A DNA stretch of 64,000 nucleotides from Pirellulales bacterium (GTDB lineage Bacteria; Planctomycetota; Planctomycetia; Pirellulales; PALSA-1355): positions 992,001-1,056,000 of the forward strand of contig CAVTBU010000005.1 of NCBI GenBank assembly GCA_963733035.1, in the 5' to 3' direction. Under the pieces are notes generated by a model. It ran no database searches, was not told the origin of the DNA, and saw nothing but the letters and a program-made list of their open reading frames with translations. The number at the start of each line of letters is the position of its first letter. Position 1 is the first letter of the stretch. The position numbers and the translations under genes were made by a program. Of the stretch, positions 11,457 to 22,774 are shown one piece after another.

Positions 11457-11996
11457 CTAGAATCCTCCTACAGGTATACCGGAACGTACGGGTCCGTAAA
11501 CAAAAACTTGCTTGTTATGCCGTCCTACGTCCTCCGCTTCAACCGTGACGGCACTCGGCTGAAGGTACCTCGAAAACTCTTAAAAACAGGCGGTCCGCTA
11601 GCAGGCAGAAGGGCCCGTATTATAAGTTTTTCCGATTAGACAAATCCTTCTGGATACGCAGTCTAGGCTGCTTAAGGTATCACGGTGGGTCCCATTGTCA
11701 AGCGGCAACAGGATAATGTGCGAGTCATGCGAGTCGCCGGTATTTTGGGCGATAGTTGCTCCCGGTGTGCTGTTCAACCATAGGACAAGTTTCAAGACTG
11801 TCCACTGGATTGGGGGCGCAAGAAGAAGGGCCCCGAATTTCATTTCGGGACCCACCGGCGGGGCGCGATGATAAGCGGAAAGCCTCGCGAGACTTACGTA
11901 ATTTCCATGCCAGCCATTGACGGGCCTGGACCAACCGAATTCGGCAAAATCACCGTATTTTTGGCAGACCCGAAGTTTGGTTTCCGGGCCTCCCTT

Positions 11997-12575
11997 TTAG
12001 CGTATTGTCGGATCGCCGTCGTTAGTGGCCTCGCTCGAGTCGACTTGGATCAGCGCGTCTCGACGCGCAATTTCCTCCTCAGCCTGTTGTTGCTTGCGAA
12101 GCATGTCTTCCGGATCCTCGAAGTTCAACATGATTGGAGCCATATCCGGAAATACACGAGTGGCCATGCCTCTAATTCGCCAATCAGCACTGTCGCGACG
12201 CAAGAGCCAAACGATACGATCGGTACGCGGCCGACCATCGGCGTCCAAATCGGTCCAATCCGTGGCAACCTGAGCTTCGTTACCTTCGATCTCGGATTCC
12301 AGTACCTTAAAGCTGGCAGTGTCACTGCCGGGGGGGGCTACCACCATCTCCATTTCCGTCGTCTTTTGCCGGGCAACCTGGGTCAAGAGCTCCGACGCTA
12401 GCTTGTCATCCCCCTTTTTCACCGCGGAAAGAAACTCGCGGATTACAGCTTCTGCGCCGCGTGCGTCCGATGTTGCCGTCTCGGCCCCAGGTTTGGGTTC
12501 ACTAGATGTGCCACATCCGGAGAGCAATAGCGCCGCGCAAACCGTAGCCGCCAACCAATCCATTCGCGAAACCAT
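11997..12575 (-). CDS. putative lipoprotein (NTF2-like fold possible)
   Basis: Lipobox LSGC; GGAGG RBS. Confidence 0.7.
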   Translation of the reverse strand: MVSRMDWLAATVCAALLLSGCGTSSEPKPGAETATSDARGAEAVIREFLSAVKKGDDKLASELLTQVARQKTTEMEMVVAPPGSDTASFKVLESEIEGNEAQVATDWTDLDADGRPRTDRIVWLLRRDSADWRIRGMATRVFPDMAPIMLNFEDPEDMLRKQQQAEEEIARRDALIQVDSSEATNDGDPTIR

Positions 12576-12730
12576 AACTGCCTCCTTGCATGGCCAAACG
12601 CGGTGTGTACGTTGCGATGCCGTGATGCGAAAACCGCCGGCGATTCCTCGGGATGCCATTGGCGGCGAAGTCTCGCAACTTCGGCGATCAGGGTCAAGAC
12701 GAACCGCACCAGACGTGCTAGCAATGCGCG

Positions 12731-14224
12731 TCAGCCTGCCCGCAGACCACGATCAAAAGCATCCTGGTCCCTGCTATACAGCGCCAACACCGACTCGAAT
12801 TGCTCGCTGGAGATATACCAACTCGGCTCGTCGTCAGTGTGGGCATTGCAGTGCGCCACCATCAAGCGGTACATGAATTTGAATAGGTGTCGTGGCACCC
12901 GCAGTCCGCGGAAAGCGTCGACTAGCCGACGATCGTTGACGACCGGATCGAATAGGTCGCGTAGCGTGGGTGAACTGCCCGGAATCGCACAAGCCTTGAG
13001 CCGAGCCGAAGCGACGTCATACAACGCCTCGCCGGTCCATTCGAGCGACGGCACCAAGTTTTGCTTATCCAGTCGCGCTCGCTGGTAAAAGTCGCGGTCT
13101 TCCCGGTCAATGTACTGCGAAAGTTCGATCGGTAGTAAAAGCTTGAAGCCAACTCCGGGGTGTTTGAGGAACTTATTATCGAGCATTGGCCATAGCAGGG
13201 CACGCATCTGTTCGACCGACCCATTGATCAGATGTGGTTCGTCCACTCGATCGACCAGCACGACAATCCCGTTGAATCCGAGCGTCTTTAAGATGCCCTG
13301 AAACTTGGCGAGCAACTCGTAGCGATCGTCCGTACGCTGCTTGCGCGGCAACGGTTGTCCCGACAGATCAACGCTCCGCAACTTAGTGAGCATGCGACGC
13401 AGTTGCTGCGTTGCATGCCTGCCAACGCGCACATTGCGTGAAACGCCGACGGCCAACCATAGCCGACGCACGAATCGGACCAGCCAAGGTAACCACGCCA
13501 CGCCCGCGGCCAGGTACAACCACGGAAACTCAAGCCACTCCCACTTACTCAAGTACACCACGAGTCCAAAAACGGCTGCCGTAGTCGCAATACCCAGGCC
13601 CAGATCCCAGTGTGCAAACCAATTGCGGTAGCGCAATTTCCGCCGCAGACGATTCCAGCGGCCCCGCTTCGTTTCGGCGGTCGATTGATCATAGCAGGCG
13701 GCCAACAGCAGCAGATCGCGGGCTTGATGGTGGTCGAGCGAACGCACTTCCGCCGGATCGAAGGCATTCGTGGGCGGATCACCGCTCTGCTTCGTTTCCA
13801 GGATGCGATCGACTAGTCCGGTCACTCCCAGCGACAGAATCGCGTCCATGTGGTCCCAAAGTTTCCAGTCACTTAGCACCTTGTCGGCTCGGCGATGCCT
13901 TGAGCCGAATCGATCGCGAAAACGATCCAGGAAAGGATTGAAGTCGTCGTACTCAATTACGTACACGCGTCCGTGTGGGTGGGCTTGGTTGTGGTCGCAC
14001 AAATGCCTCACGATTTGAAGGCGCATCGCCGTCTTGCCGGCTCCTTTTTCGCCAAAGACGATTGAGGTGGACGGCTCAATTGGATCTCCGTATATCTTGT
14101 CCCAAGTCGGGTGATGCGTGCTTGAAATGCAATAGTCCTTGAACACCGGATCCGTTTGCGCGTCTTCTTCGGCAAACGGATTAGTGCGAATTCCGTGGTG
14201 TTCGAGAAACTGCTGCGTTTTCAT
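12731..14224 (-). CDS. P-loop NTPase with internal transmembrane hairpin
   Basis: Walker A GEKGAGKT and Walker B-like VVLVDRVDE, with two hydrophobic helices between them. Confidence 0.75.
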   Translation of the reverse strand: MKTQQFLEHHGIRTNPFAEEDAQTDPVFKDYCISSTHHPTWDKIYGDPIEPSTSIVFGEKGAGKTAMRLQIVRHLCDHNQAHPHGRVYVIEYDDFNPFLDRFRDRFGSRHRRADKVLSDWKLWDHMDAILSLGVTGLVDRILETKQSGDPPTNAFDPAEVRSLDHHQARDLLLLAACYDQSTAETKRGRWNRLRRKLRYRNWFAHWDLGLGIATTAAVFGLVVYLSKWEWLEFPWLYLAAGVAWLPWLVRFVRRLWLAVGVSRNVRVGRHATQQLRRMLTKLRSVDLSGQPLPRKQRTDDRYELLAKFQGILKTLGFNGIVVLVDRVDEPHLINGSVEQMRALLWPMLDNKFLKHPGVGFKLLLPIELSQYIDREDRDFYQRARLDKQNLVPSLEWTGEALYDVASARLKACAIPGSSPTLRDLFDPVVNDRRLVDAFRGLRVPRHLFKFMYRLMVAHCNAHTDDEPSWYISSEQFESVLALYSRDQDAFDRGLRAG

Positions 14225-14233
14225 GCGGCGTTG

Positions 14234-14845
14234 TTAGTTCTGCTTGAGGCCTTCGATCATTTCGACGAATGCCCGTTCATTTTCGGCGATGGTTTGATTG
14301 GGCCCGTAGAGCTTGACGAAATAGTTGCCGTTTCCGTTGGTCGAGATAATTGCCGCCAGCATTCGAAAGTTCGGCCGTTCGACTGCCGGGGCCGCCGGAC
14401 CGCGCTGATCTCGGAAGTTGCCCGAGATTTCCACCAGGTGCACGTCCTGTCCGGCAACTTTAATCTGCTTGATCTTGGCCCGCTCGCGAGTGCTACTACC
14501 GTCTGGTTGCGAAAACTGTCCGAACCAGCGGTCAATATTTGCCTCAATGCTTCCGCCCGCTCCCATTACGGTTAGACGGCCGTCGATCTTGTCGCCCTCA
14601 GCGGCCGGAATGGCAAACTCTTGCTCGACGATCCTCGTTCGCGGCTGTTTGCGCACCCACGTTTTGGGTGCGGTGAGTTCGAACTTGCCTTCCGCAATTG
14701 CGAATTTCGCAGGATGATCCTGCGCGGTTGCCACGACGGACGAGGCCCATATGACGACCGCACCGGCGCAGTGTACGAGCGTTCGGCAAGACATAGATGC
14801 CCCCATCGATTTTGAGAGTTTAGAACCTTGAAGTAAGTCGGACAT
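14234..14845 (-). CDS. secreted hypothetical protein
   Basis: Signal-like N-terminus; GGSIEANIDRWFGQF motif; start uncertain. Confidence 0.7.
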   Translation of the reverse strand: MSDLLQGSKLSKSMGASMSCRTLVHCAGAVVIWASSVVATAQDHPAKFAIAEGKFELTAPKTWVRKQPRTRIVEQEFAIPAAEGDKIDGRLTVMGAGGSIEANIDRWFGQFSQPDGSSTRERAKIKQIKVAGQDVHLVEISGNFRDQRGPAAPAVERPNFRMLAAIISTNGNGNYFVKLYGPNQTIAENERAFVEMIEGLKQN

Positions 14846-14877
14846 GCGGCCAGACCATCGCCCAAAGCGTCATCAAC

Positions 14878-15699
14878 TTAGCCGCACAGGGAAATCGGCG
14901 TCAAATCAGGCCTTCTGGTCACTTGCTGCTTCGGGTGGCGAAACGGGCTCGATAGGCGCGTTTTGCGCCGAAAAACCAGCGCCAGAATAATGATCAGAAT
15001 GACCGTTACGGCGACCAGCACGGCACTGGCCATTAAGCTTACATCTTTTTTTCGCCTGCGCTTGCGGCTCATTTCGGCCAGCGGAGGCACGGAACCGGAC
15101 GAGGAAACTTCGTGTGGTGGCGGGCTGGGAGCCAGCACTTCGGCGACTCGCCCGCGCGGCAAGTCGGCGGCCGATGTGCCCGCACCTGGAAGCGGCGCCT
15201 GCGGCATCGCTGGACCGGGGGCTACGAGTTGGGACCCGAGTTGTGGAAACGTGGCCGCCGCGCTTCGCCACTCCGACCACCCGTCGCGCCAAACGAGTGA
15301 ACTTGCCCCGACACGACCGTCCTTTATCCAGCCCCGCATGATTTCGCCGGAGGCCGGGCCGAACTGACCGCCGCTAGCCGGCCGCACGTACCACACGGCG
15401 CCTGGCGCTTCGGCGATGGGGTCATTCGCGGTGGTTTCGGTCACCTCCCGCGAGGGCGCGGTCGGCTTGGCCGAAATGGCGACAGCCTGGCTCAACTCCA
15501 CCAGCTGCGACTCATCCAATTCGAGTGACGGTTCGGTCGACGTGCCGTCGTCTCGCGCCGTTTCCGTATTCGACGTTCTCGTATTGTCAGCAGGAACTAC
15601 AACCCTTGCACCACATTTTGGGCAAATGGCCCGCTTGCCACTGAGGAAACTCTTAACGTGAAGTTTATGCCCATTGGGGCACAGAAACTTGATGCCCAT
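14878..15699 (-). CDS. zinc-ribbon + GYF_2/DUF4339-domain membrane protein (possible frameshift near C-terminus)
   Basis: CPNGH..CPKC; WYVR..GGQFGP..W...GRV...SLVWRDGW; C-terminal TM helix. Confidence 0.8.
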   Translation of the reverse strand: MGIKFLCPNGHKLHVKSFLSGKRAICPKCGARVVVPADNTRTSNTETARDDGTSTEPSLELDESQLVELSQAVAISAKPTAPSREVTETTANDPIAEAPGAVWYVRPASGGQFGPASGEIMRGWIKDGRVGASSLVWRDGWSEWRSAAATFPQLGSQLVAPGPAMPQAPLPGAGTSAADLPRGRVAEVLAPSPPPHEVSSSGSVPPLAEMSRKRRRKKDVSLMASAVLVAVTVILIIILALVFRRKTRLSSPFRHPKQQVTRRPDLTPISLCG

Positions 15700-15908
15700 C
15701 TTCTATCCGCTTGCCCCAGGAATCCTGCCGCATCACGGTCCTACCGGACCACCGAGTGTGTATTTACCGGGGCAAGGATTGATGTGAAAAAACCCCGGCG
15801 AACTGCCATTATATATACTTTTGGCGCAGCGGTGGAAAACGACAGTTGTCCGCGGTTGGCAGGAAATGCGACCCTAGGAAGGAAAAGCAAGTTGCCGGTG
15901 CAACGTCG

Positions 15909-15938
15909 CGTCACGACAGGGCTCGTCACGACAGGGCT
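15909..15938. repeat. 15-bp perfect tandem duplication CGTCACGACAGGGCT x2
   Basis: Read directly in the intergenic region between divergent genes. Confidence 0.9.
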
Positions 15939-16125
15939 CTCGCATCGCCAAAATTGGTACAACACATGAGGCCCACTGCTGGGGGCCCCTCAGGAGCCTA
16001 GAAAAATGCGGGATTTTCGCGTCGGAACTTGATTGTTCTGGGCATCCAGTCAAACTACATGCAGGGTACTGGCAGGTCCGCCACACGGGCCGGTCCAACG
16101 TGCAAAACATAGGGGACGTGGCACG

Positions 16126-16746
16126 ATGCAGCAGCAACATGAAGAGGAAGGTCCGCTTGAACTTGCTCTCGTCGGGGACCTGACCGACAACGAAGTCGAA
16201 CTCACTGACAAGCTTTTGGCCGTCGAGCCTGGCGGCGAATGTACGATGTTCATCGATTCGCCAGGCGGAAGTCCGTACTGCGCGATGTCGCTGATGACGC
16301 TCATTCTGGTCCGTGGCCTTCGCGTTACGGGCATCGTTACCGGCGAATGCTCTTCGGCCGCCTTGTGGCCGTTTGCTGCTTGCACTCGACGCTTGGTCAC
16401 ACCATATAGCGTACTGCTATTCCATCCCATGAAGTGGCAGAGTGAAGAGCACGTGGGCTTAGCCGAGGCGGCCGAATGGGCGCGCCATTTCGGCAGTCTG
16501 GAAGATGACATGGACTCCCTGTTGGCCGAGTTGTTCGGGTTGCCGAATAGCGAGATGGAAAAATGGATCAAACCCGGCCGCTACGTTTCGGGAAACGAGA
16601 TCGCCGAAGCGGGCCTAGCCGAGATGATCGACTTGCGAAAGTTTCGCACGTTGGCAGCGGCACCGAAACCGGCCCGGCGTCATCGTAAGCGGGCGTCCAA
16701 CGGCAGTGGATCCGAAGCCGTGCGTCCGGCGGCCCAGCGCCGATAG
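16126..16746 (+). CDS. ClpP-like protease subunit
   Basis: FIDSPGGS, GECSSAA (nucleophile Ser position), LLFHP (His position). Confidence 0.8.
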   Translation: MQQQHEEEGPLELALVGDLTDNEVELTDKLLAVEPGGECTMFIDSPGGSPYCAMSLMTLILVRGLRVTGIVTGECSSAALWPFAACTRRLVTPYSVLLFHPMKWQSEEHVGLAEAAEWARHFGSLEDDMDSLLAELFGLPNSEMEKWIKPGRYVSGNEIAEAGLAEMIDLRKFRTLAAAPKPARRHRKRASNGSGSEAVRPAAQRR

Positions 16747-16766
16747 GTCGAGCCAGTCGAAGCGGC

Positions 16767-17756
16767 CTAGCTGCGGTAGCCGTCGTGGCAGTTCGTGCAT
16801 GACTGCCCAAGTTTGCCGGCCGCCTGACGAGCTTGTTCGTAGTTCCCTTGCAGTGTCGCATCTCGCAATGATAGCGCCTGTTGCTGCATCTCCCGAGCAA
16901 ATTCAACATACGACGCGTCGTCGGCAAATTCGTAGCCCGGTCGGGTAATCACCTCGGCCAGTGCCGCCACGATCTGTGTTTCGTGCAAGAGTTGATCGGC
17001 ATTTTGCTCAAATTGACGCTCACTTCCCACCAGGGGGGTGATGCCTTGCTGTTCGGCCTGATCGAGCCGTTTCATGAGGGCTGATCGGTCTGCAACTCGC
17101 GGCCATTCCAGGATGGTGGATGGTTCTGACAATTGCAGCGATCCGCCGCGGACGAGGGTCTGCAGATCCTCGGCTCGACTGCGGGCCTCGTTGAAGGACG
17201 CATCGCTGGCAACCTTGCAATTCAATCCCGCACGACCAACGAGGTCTCGAAGCGATGCCGCCTCCTGTTTCCAGCGAATTGGTCCGTCGAATTCTGCGAC
17301 AATGGCCAACATGGCGGCCAGCATACTCAACCGTGTCCGGGCCTGTTGGTACTCCCCGCCTTTAAAACGGGTCGCGTTTTGGACGGTCTGCGCCAGCTTG
17401 AGTTGCTGGGCCTTTACTTCGTCCTCGACTGCTTCGGCGGTGATAAACTTCGACCAAGAACCACCTGGCGTGACTTCTCCGCTCGAATTGGCCGCACCTG
17501 GCGAAGTACTGGCCACCGTCAGCGGGCGGCCGTCGGATATTTCGGGACGCGGCCCCTCAAGCTTTTCGCGCGCATCCGAGAAGAATACGTCTTGAATGCT
17601 CTTGGGAAACTTTGGAGGCCGTGCGCGCTTTCGGGGAGGAGCCGCTTCCGACGGTGTAATGACGCCGATCACCAGCGCCATGAGCAGGATTGAGAGCGGC
17701 AACGCCGGCCTAATGGCACGGGAAAAACGACAATATCCAGGTGGTCGGTAGTACAT
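16767..17756 (-). CDS. secreted c-type cytochrome (cytochrome c'-like C-terminal heme motif)
   Basis: Helical protein ending SCTNCHDGYR (CxxCH); N-terminal signal. Confidence 0.75.
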   Translation of the reverse strand: MYYRPPGYCRFSRAIRPALPLSILLMALVIGVITPSEAAPPRKRARPPKFPKSIQDVFFSDAREKLEGPRPEISDGRPLTVASTSPGAANSSGEVTPGGSWSKFITAEAVEDEVKAQQLKLAQTVQNATRFKGGEYQQARTRLSMLAAMLAIVAEFDGPIRWKQEAASLRDLVGRAGLNCKVASDASFNEARSRAEDLQTLVRGGSLQLSEPSTILEWPRVADRSALMKRLDQAEQQGITPLVGSERQFEQNADQLLHETQIVAALAEVITRPGYEFADDASYVEFAREMQQQALSLRDATLQGNYEQARQAAGKLGQSCTNCHDGYRS

Positions 17757-17848
17757 ACCTCGATTATGTTCACGGTCGAGCGGGATGACAACGTGCCTAC
17801 CTGGCTTGTGATGTCAGCAATTGACGGCACCAGGGTATAATTTGCTTG

Positions 17849-18940
17849 ATGCATGGGAAGCCCCACTCTACTCGCCGCGAGTTCCTGACCGGCCAAGCCG
17901 CGGTCGACGCGCTAACGCAATTCGACATTGGCGGTGTCGAGCCCTTACCCCCACCTGCGGCCGCGACCGATCGATATCTGCTGCGGTTGGCGCGGCGTGC
18001 CATGGCCTGCTCGTTCGAAGTCTTCTTAAATGCCGGTCAACACCGGCAATCTACCGCCGCCGCACTCGCTGCGCTCGACCTGGTCGATCGGCTGGAAACT
18101 CAACTGACGGTCTACTGCGAAACGAGTGAAGTGAGCCAACTCAATCTCGCGGCCTCGTTTTCCGCGGTCGAGGTCGAGCAAAGCCTGTTCTCGCTCCTTG
18201 AACTAGCCGTGAGATTGCATCGCGAAACGGGGGGAGCGTTTGACGTGACGGCAGGCCGGCTGTCCAGTATCTGGGGATTTACCAATCGCGCTGGCAGGAT
18301 TCCGGACGAAGCTGAGCTCGAGGCGGCTCGAAGGTGCGTCGGCAGCAACTATCTTGAGCTTGATGCGGCCACTCGCAGCATCCGCTTCAAGCGCCCTGGA
18401 CTTGAAATCAACTTGGGAGGCATCGGCAAGGGCTACGCACTTGATCGATGCGCCGAACAGCTCGAAGGTGCCGGAGTTGAAAGCTTTCTCTTGCACGGGG
18501 GGAGCAGCAGCGTTCTTGCGCGAGGCTCGCATGCCGCCGAGACCGATCTTGGCGGTTGGCTCATCGGAGTCCGCAACCCGCTGCGACCAGACCGCCGGTT
18601 GGGACAATTTCGCCTCCGAGACAGGGCGCTGGGCACATCAGGCTCGGGAACCCAATTCTTCGAGCACGCCGGGGAGCGCTATGGGCATATTCTCGACCCG
18701 CGTAGCGGTTGGCCGGCCAAAGGCGTGTATACCGTCAGCGTGCTGGCACCCACCGCCAGAGAGGCTGACGCCTTGGCAACCGCGTTTTATGTGATGGGAC
18801 CGTCCGCGGCCTCGGAGTATTGTGCAAGCCATCCGGACGTCGCGATGGTGATGCTTTGCCCAGGCGAACGCGCTGGGGCGATTAAGATTGAAACCTATGG
18901 GCTTGCCGAGGGGGAATGGACACTCGTCGAGTTCCCATGA
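17849..18940 (+). CDS. apbE: FAD:protein FMN transferase ApbE
   Basis: GAFDVT, NLGGIGKGYA, GTSG, YGHILDPRSG, ADALATA. Confidence 0.92.
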   Translation: MHGKPHSTRREFLTGQAAVDALTQFDIGGVEPLPPPAAATDRYLLRLARRAMACSFEVFLNAGQHRQSTAAALAALDLVDRLETQLTVYCETSEVSQLNLAASFSAVEVEQSLFSLLELAVRLHRETGGAFDVTAGRLSSIWGFTNRAGRIPDEAELEAARRCVGSNYLELDAATRSIRFKRPGLEINLGGIGKGYALDRCAEQLEGAGVESFLLHGGSSSVLARGSHAAETDLGGWLIGVRNPLRPDRRLGQFRLRDRALGTSGSGTQFFEHAGERYGHILDPRSGWPAKGVYTVSVLAPTAREADALATAFYVMGPSAASEYCASHPDVAMVMLCPGERAGAIKIETYGLAEGEWTLVEFP

Positions 18941-19049
18941 GCCTCGCCGGAAGAGGCCACTAGTTTCGGTCGCAGTTGATTGAACGATCGGGCCGTTTCA
19001 CGCGGATTGCCTAGTTTGACGTATTCCAAGCACCGATCGTCGGGCTAGA

Positions 19050-19754
19050 ATGCCTTCGGATTGGGGCAGCTCTGAACCCGGCGGACTAGGCAAGACTTTG
19101 TTCGACTTACCGCTCGATCACATGTCGTATTTGGGGATCATTATGATCCTCGTGTTCACGGGTTGCGGATTGCCAATACCCGAGGAAGTGCCGATCATCG
19201 CGGCAGGCATTGCGAGTTCCGTCGGGACGCTGAATCCCTGGTGGGCCTTCCTATCGTGCGTCGTTGGTGCCGTTGCCGGCGACTCGGTGTTGTACGCCAT
19301 CGGCTACCATTTTGGGCATTCGCTCGTTTATCGGCACCCCCGCTTTGCGCACCTGTTGCATGCCGAGCGTGAAGCCAAGATCGAACAGATGATCCGAAAG
19401 CACGAAGTGAAAGTCTTGTTTCTCTCGCGGTTCATGGTTGGCGTACGAGCGCCCGTATATCTTGCCGCAGGAATCCTAAGAATTCCGTTTCTGCGGTTCT
19501 TGATCATCGATGTGGTTTGCGCGACTACCGTCGTGGGGTTATTCTTCGGTTTGAGTTATGCCTACGGCGATCGCTTGACACGGCTGATTCGGCAGTCTGA
19601 AATCGGTTTAACGGTTGTCATTGTCGCGGCCGCCGTGGCTGTGACCGCATATTTCTTCTGGCGCCGCCGCCGAAAGTTGCAGCAGGTACTGGAACCGGAA
19701 CTCAGGGACGAGGAAGCGTGCACAGTTGGAGCACGGGATTCCGAATCGCTTTAA
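19050..19754 (+). CDS. DedA family membrane protein
   Basis: GLPIPEE, GDSVLYAIG, SRFMVGVR; start uncertain. Confidence 0.9.
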   Translation: MPSDWGSSEPGGLGKTLFDLPLDHMSYLGIIMILVFTGCGLPIPEEVPIIAAGIASSVGTLNPWWAFLSCVVGAVAGDSVLYAIGYHFGHSLVYRHPRFAHLLHAEREAKIEQMIRKHEVKVLFLSRFMVGVRAPVYLAAGILRIPFLRFLIIDVVCATTVVGLFFGLSYAYGDRLTRLIRQSEIGLTVVIVAAAVAVTAYFFWRRRRKLQQVLEPELRDEEACTVGARDSESL

Positions 19755-19818
19755 AATCGCTCCGTACGGACTTCGTAGTCAAATCTGGAGGTGGCGAACT
19801 TTTTTGCCGCCGGGTGCC

Positions 19819-20861
19819 ATGCTTCGCTGGGCCTTGATTACGTTTACCTGTTGCCTGTCTCTTGGGGCTCACGGCGGCTGGGCCAGTTGGCGGCTCCTGT
19901 GCTCGTGCCCAGCAAGGTCAACGCGGCACGGTTGCGATGGCTGCAATACAAACTCGTCGCCGGACGAGTCATGGCCAACAGCTCGTACCCGGCTGGCATG
20001 AACATTTCGTTCGGCCCGTCCGTGATCGACGGCCGATTTCGCGAACATTTGCAGCTGCTCATTCTCAAGGACCAAGCCAGCATCAATTACGAGTTGTCGG
20101 GCGACGGCGAGGAACTGGCGATCGAATTATCCGAGACGGGCGCGTTTGCCATTCGTCGAACGCGTGCCAATCCGGCTTTTGCCCTTGAGTACTTGCAGCC
20201 TCCGGACCATCCGGTGACGCTTTTCGTGACGGCCGACGACGAAGAGCGAGCTATCGCGGGCGACAGCTTCTGGCACGTTTACTTGGCCGAGCCGGACCTC
20301 GTGCGAAACGAACTCGTTCCGTACTTGGAATTGCTACGCCCCTCGTGGCAGTTGGCCGCCACTGGTGCGGCGATTGAAGATGCATTGATTCAGCAGGCGC
20401 AACATCCTCATGCGATCGACACCGAGCGGTGGCAGGCGCTCGTTGCGCAACTTGGTAGCGATCGCTTTGCCGACCGAGAGAGTAGCGAGCGCGAACTATA
20501 TCGCGTCGGCCAGCTAATACTGCCCTATCTAGAGGACCTCGATCCGAAGTCGCTTGACGCTGAGCAGGCTGCTCGAGTTGGAAAACTGATCAAGAAGCTT
20601 TCGGTCGATTATGAAGATGCGACTGACCGAATTGCCAACTGGTTGGCGGGCGACCGTCAAGTATGGCTGTCGTTGCTCGATCGTGACGAACCCGTCAAAC
20701 GCCGTGTCGCAGCGCAGCAACTCGCATTGTTAGTGGGCAGACCGATCGAATTTGATCCAGAAGCCGACGCTGCCACCAGGCGCGACCAATTCGCAAAACT
20801 TCGTCAGCGCTTTGGTACGACCCGACCACCGGCAAAGGTGACAGAGCGGGCCGGACGCTAG
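19819..20861 (+). CDS. secreted hypothetical protein with apparent frameshift near 19883
   Basis: Signal peptide MLRWALITF...GWA lies in a different frame from the long ORF 19791..20861. Confidence 0.65.
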
Positions 20862-22581
20862 TCCCACCACCAGGCATCAAGCGGCAGCTCGCCGCTGGCC
20901 CAACTTAACCGCTCGGTAGCCAAGCGGCCTTGCGGGTCGCTCTGGATCGCGGCTGACCGAACGTACTTCCACGGTTCGGCACGCACGCCGCCGCTGACTC
21001 CCACGACGAGATGTTTGCCGCCAATGCGCCGATGGTTGATGACCGATTCGACACTCTGAGGCGCAGGCCCTAATGCAACCTGGTACTGTTTCGGGTCGCC
21101 AAAGCAGGTCATATGCCAGCCGACACGTTCAGCAAGGCCCTCTTGTCGCACAAGGGCGGCCACAAGCGCCAAATCAAATACGTTCTGCAGATCGGCATAA
21201 ACAGGATATATCGCCGCCAACTCGGCGAAGTGCTGTGTGAAGCGATTCGAGAATTCTTGATTCGTTACATTCGACTTCCCGGTATGGATACGCCGTCCCA
21301 GTTGGGTGAGAAATTCATTTTCGCTGAGAACTTGCACGCCTTGGCCGCGAATTTCAAACCCGTCACGGTTTGTCGTCGGCGCAGGGCATCATACTTTAGC
21401 GTGAACCACCACCGCAGCACGTCGAGCGGCGGCGGTGTTGCGCCCGGCCTAACCCGAATCAGTTCCAGATAGCTTGGCACGTCGACCGTTCCCCGCTCCA
21501 ATCCCATGCCGACCAGCTTCATGTGGTAGTCCGCCTTGACAAGCACGCGAGCCACGCGGGTACGAGGATCGATCCCTTCGACGGAAATGGCTTGACGGCC
21601 CATACAATTGCGCAGCTTGTCGAGCCAGCTCGTTCGCTGGCTAGGATTTAACGGAGCAGCGCTGGATTGTTCCGCGAATCGCCGCGTGCGAGCCAACCCC
21701 TCTTGTGTCGGATTGATCGAGCAGGCGAAAGCCGCATGCGGATCGGCCATTTGTTGCCGCAACAGCACGACCAGATCGTCAAGTTGAAGCACAGGCCGGC
21801 CCGTGTGGCGACTCACTTGTCGGCCCTCGGCGTCGGTTTGCCACGAACCGGCCGGACCGGCAAGGACGAGATCGCCGGTTTCAGGATATACGAGCACATA
21901 CTGGATCTTCTCTAGCCCAGCGAGATTTCGCATCTCGTCGTTCGGTTGCCGTCCCGAAGCCAGCGCAAGCTGCACGTGCTTTTCCAACCGCGTGACAGAA
22001 ACTTTCCGTAGTGGACTGCAAAGGCGTGAATCGACGTTCGCGTCTTTGTTCAGCGAGGCCAATCGTGCGATGGCCAACCCCCGCGCTTTCCGCACGGCCA
22101 GCTTTTGTCGCAAGACGCCCTGGGGATCGACGTACACGCCGTTTTGGAACTGGGAGATCGTGCCCGGACCGCCGACGTCATCCCAGGTTTGTGGTCGCAC
22201 GGTCGTCGTAATCAAGTCAATGAGCGCACCGAAGTTCGCTTGTGATCCGCCACCTGTGCCTCGCCCACCGAGGACACGAATTGCTTCGCTGCGCGACAAA
22301 TCGCTCTCGACCGCCGCAAGCGTATGGAAGGCCGCGTCTTGACCACCGGCACTGGCTTGGGCTTGAGCCAGTCTGCCTAACAGAGCGTCACGCTGTGATG
22401 CGTCCGAAACGGCTCTGGCAGCCGCCAATGCGGGTGCAAATTCGCCGGCGGCCAACTGAGCCTCAAAACCGTCCGGGTCGAGCAGCTCGCCGCTTGAGGC
22501 GGTCGTGATCCCAACAGCAAGAATGGCTAGGCCGCATCCGAAGACGACAAGCCCGCGCGTGGACATCGTAGGCGCTCTCAT
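20858..22581 (-). CDS. DUF1598-like planctomycete protein with apparent frameshift near 21378
   Basis: LVLAGPA, LQLDDLVV, CSINPT, ADYHMKLVGMG, RWWF; continues in another frame as GVQVLSENE...LQNVFDLALVAAL...GVSGGV. Confidence 0.8.
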
Positions 22582-22676
22582 GAGAAGGACTCCCTGTTCC
22601 GGCGGAAAGGCGAATCGCAGCGCGCGACGACCTTTAAGCTCGCACAACAGTAACCGGAAGTCAAGAAAACGCCACG

Positions 22677-22724
22677 AAAAACGAACGGCCCGCCCAAGTC
22701 GTGCTCAGGCGGGCCGTTGTGTTT
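22677..22724 (-). terminator. intrinsic terminator-like hairpin downstream of the Cys-rich gene
   Basis: AACGGCCCGCC / GGCGGGCCGTT inverted repeat with an A-rich flank on + strand. Confidence 0.7.
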
Positions 22725-22774
22725 CTACTGTCAAGGAGACCGCTCAAATGTTCGCGGGTGCTCCGCTGTGGCAA

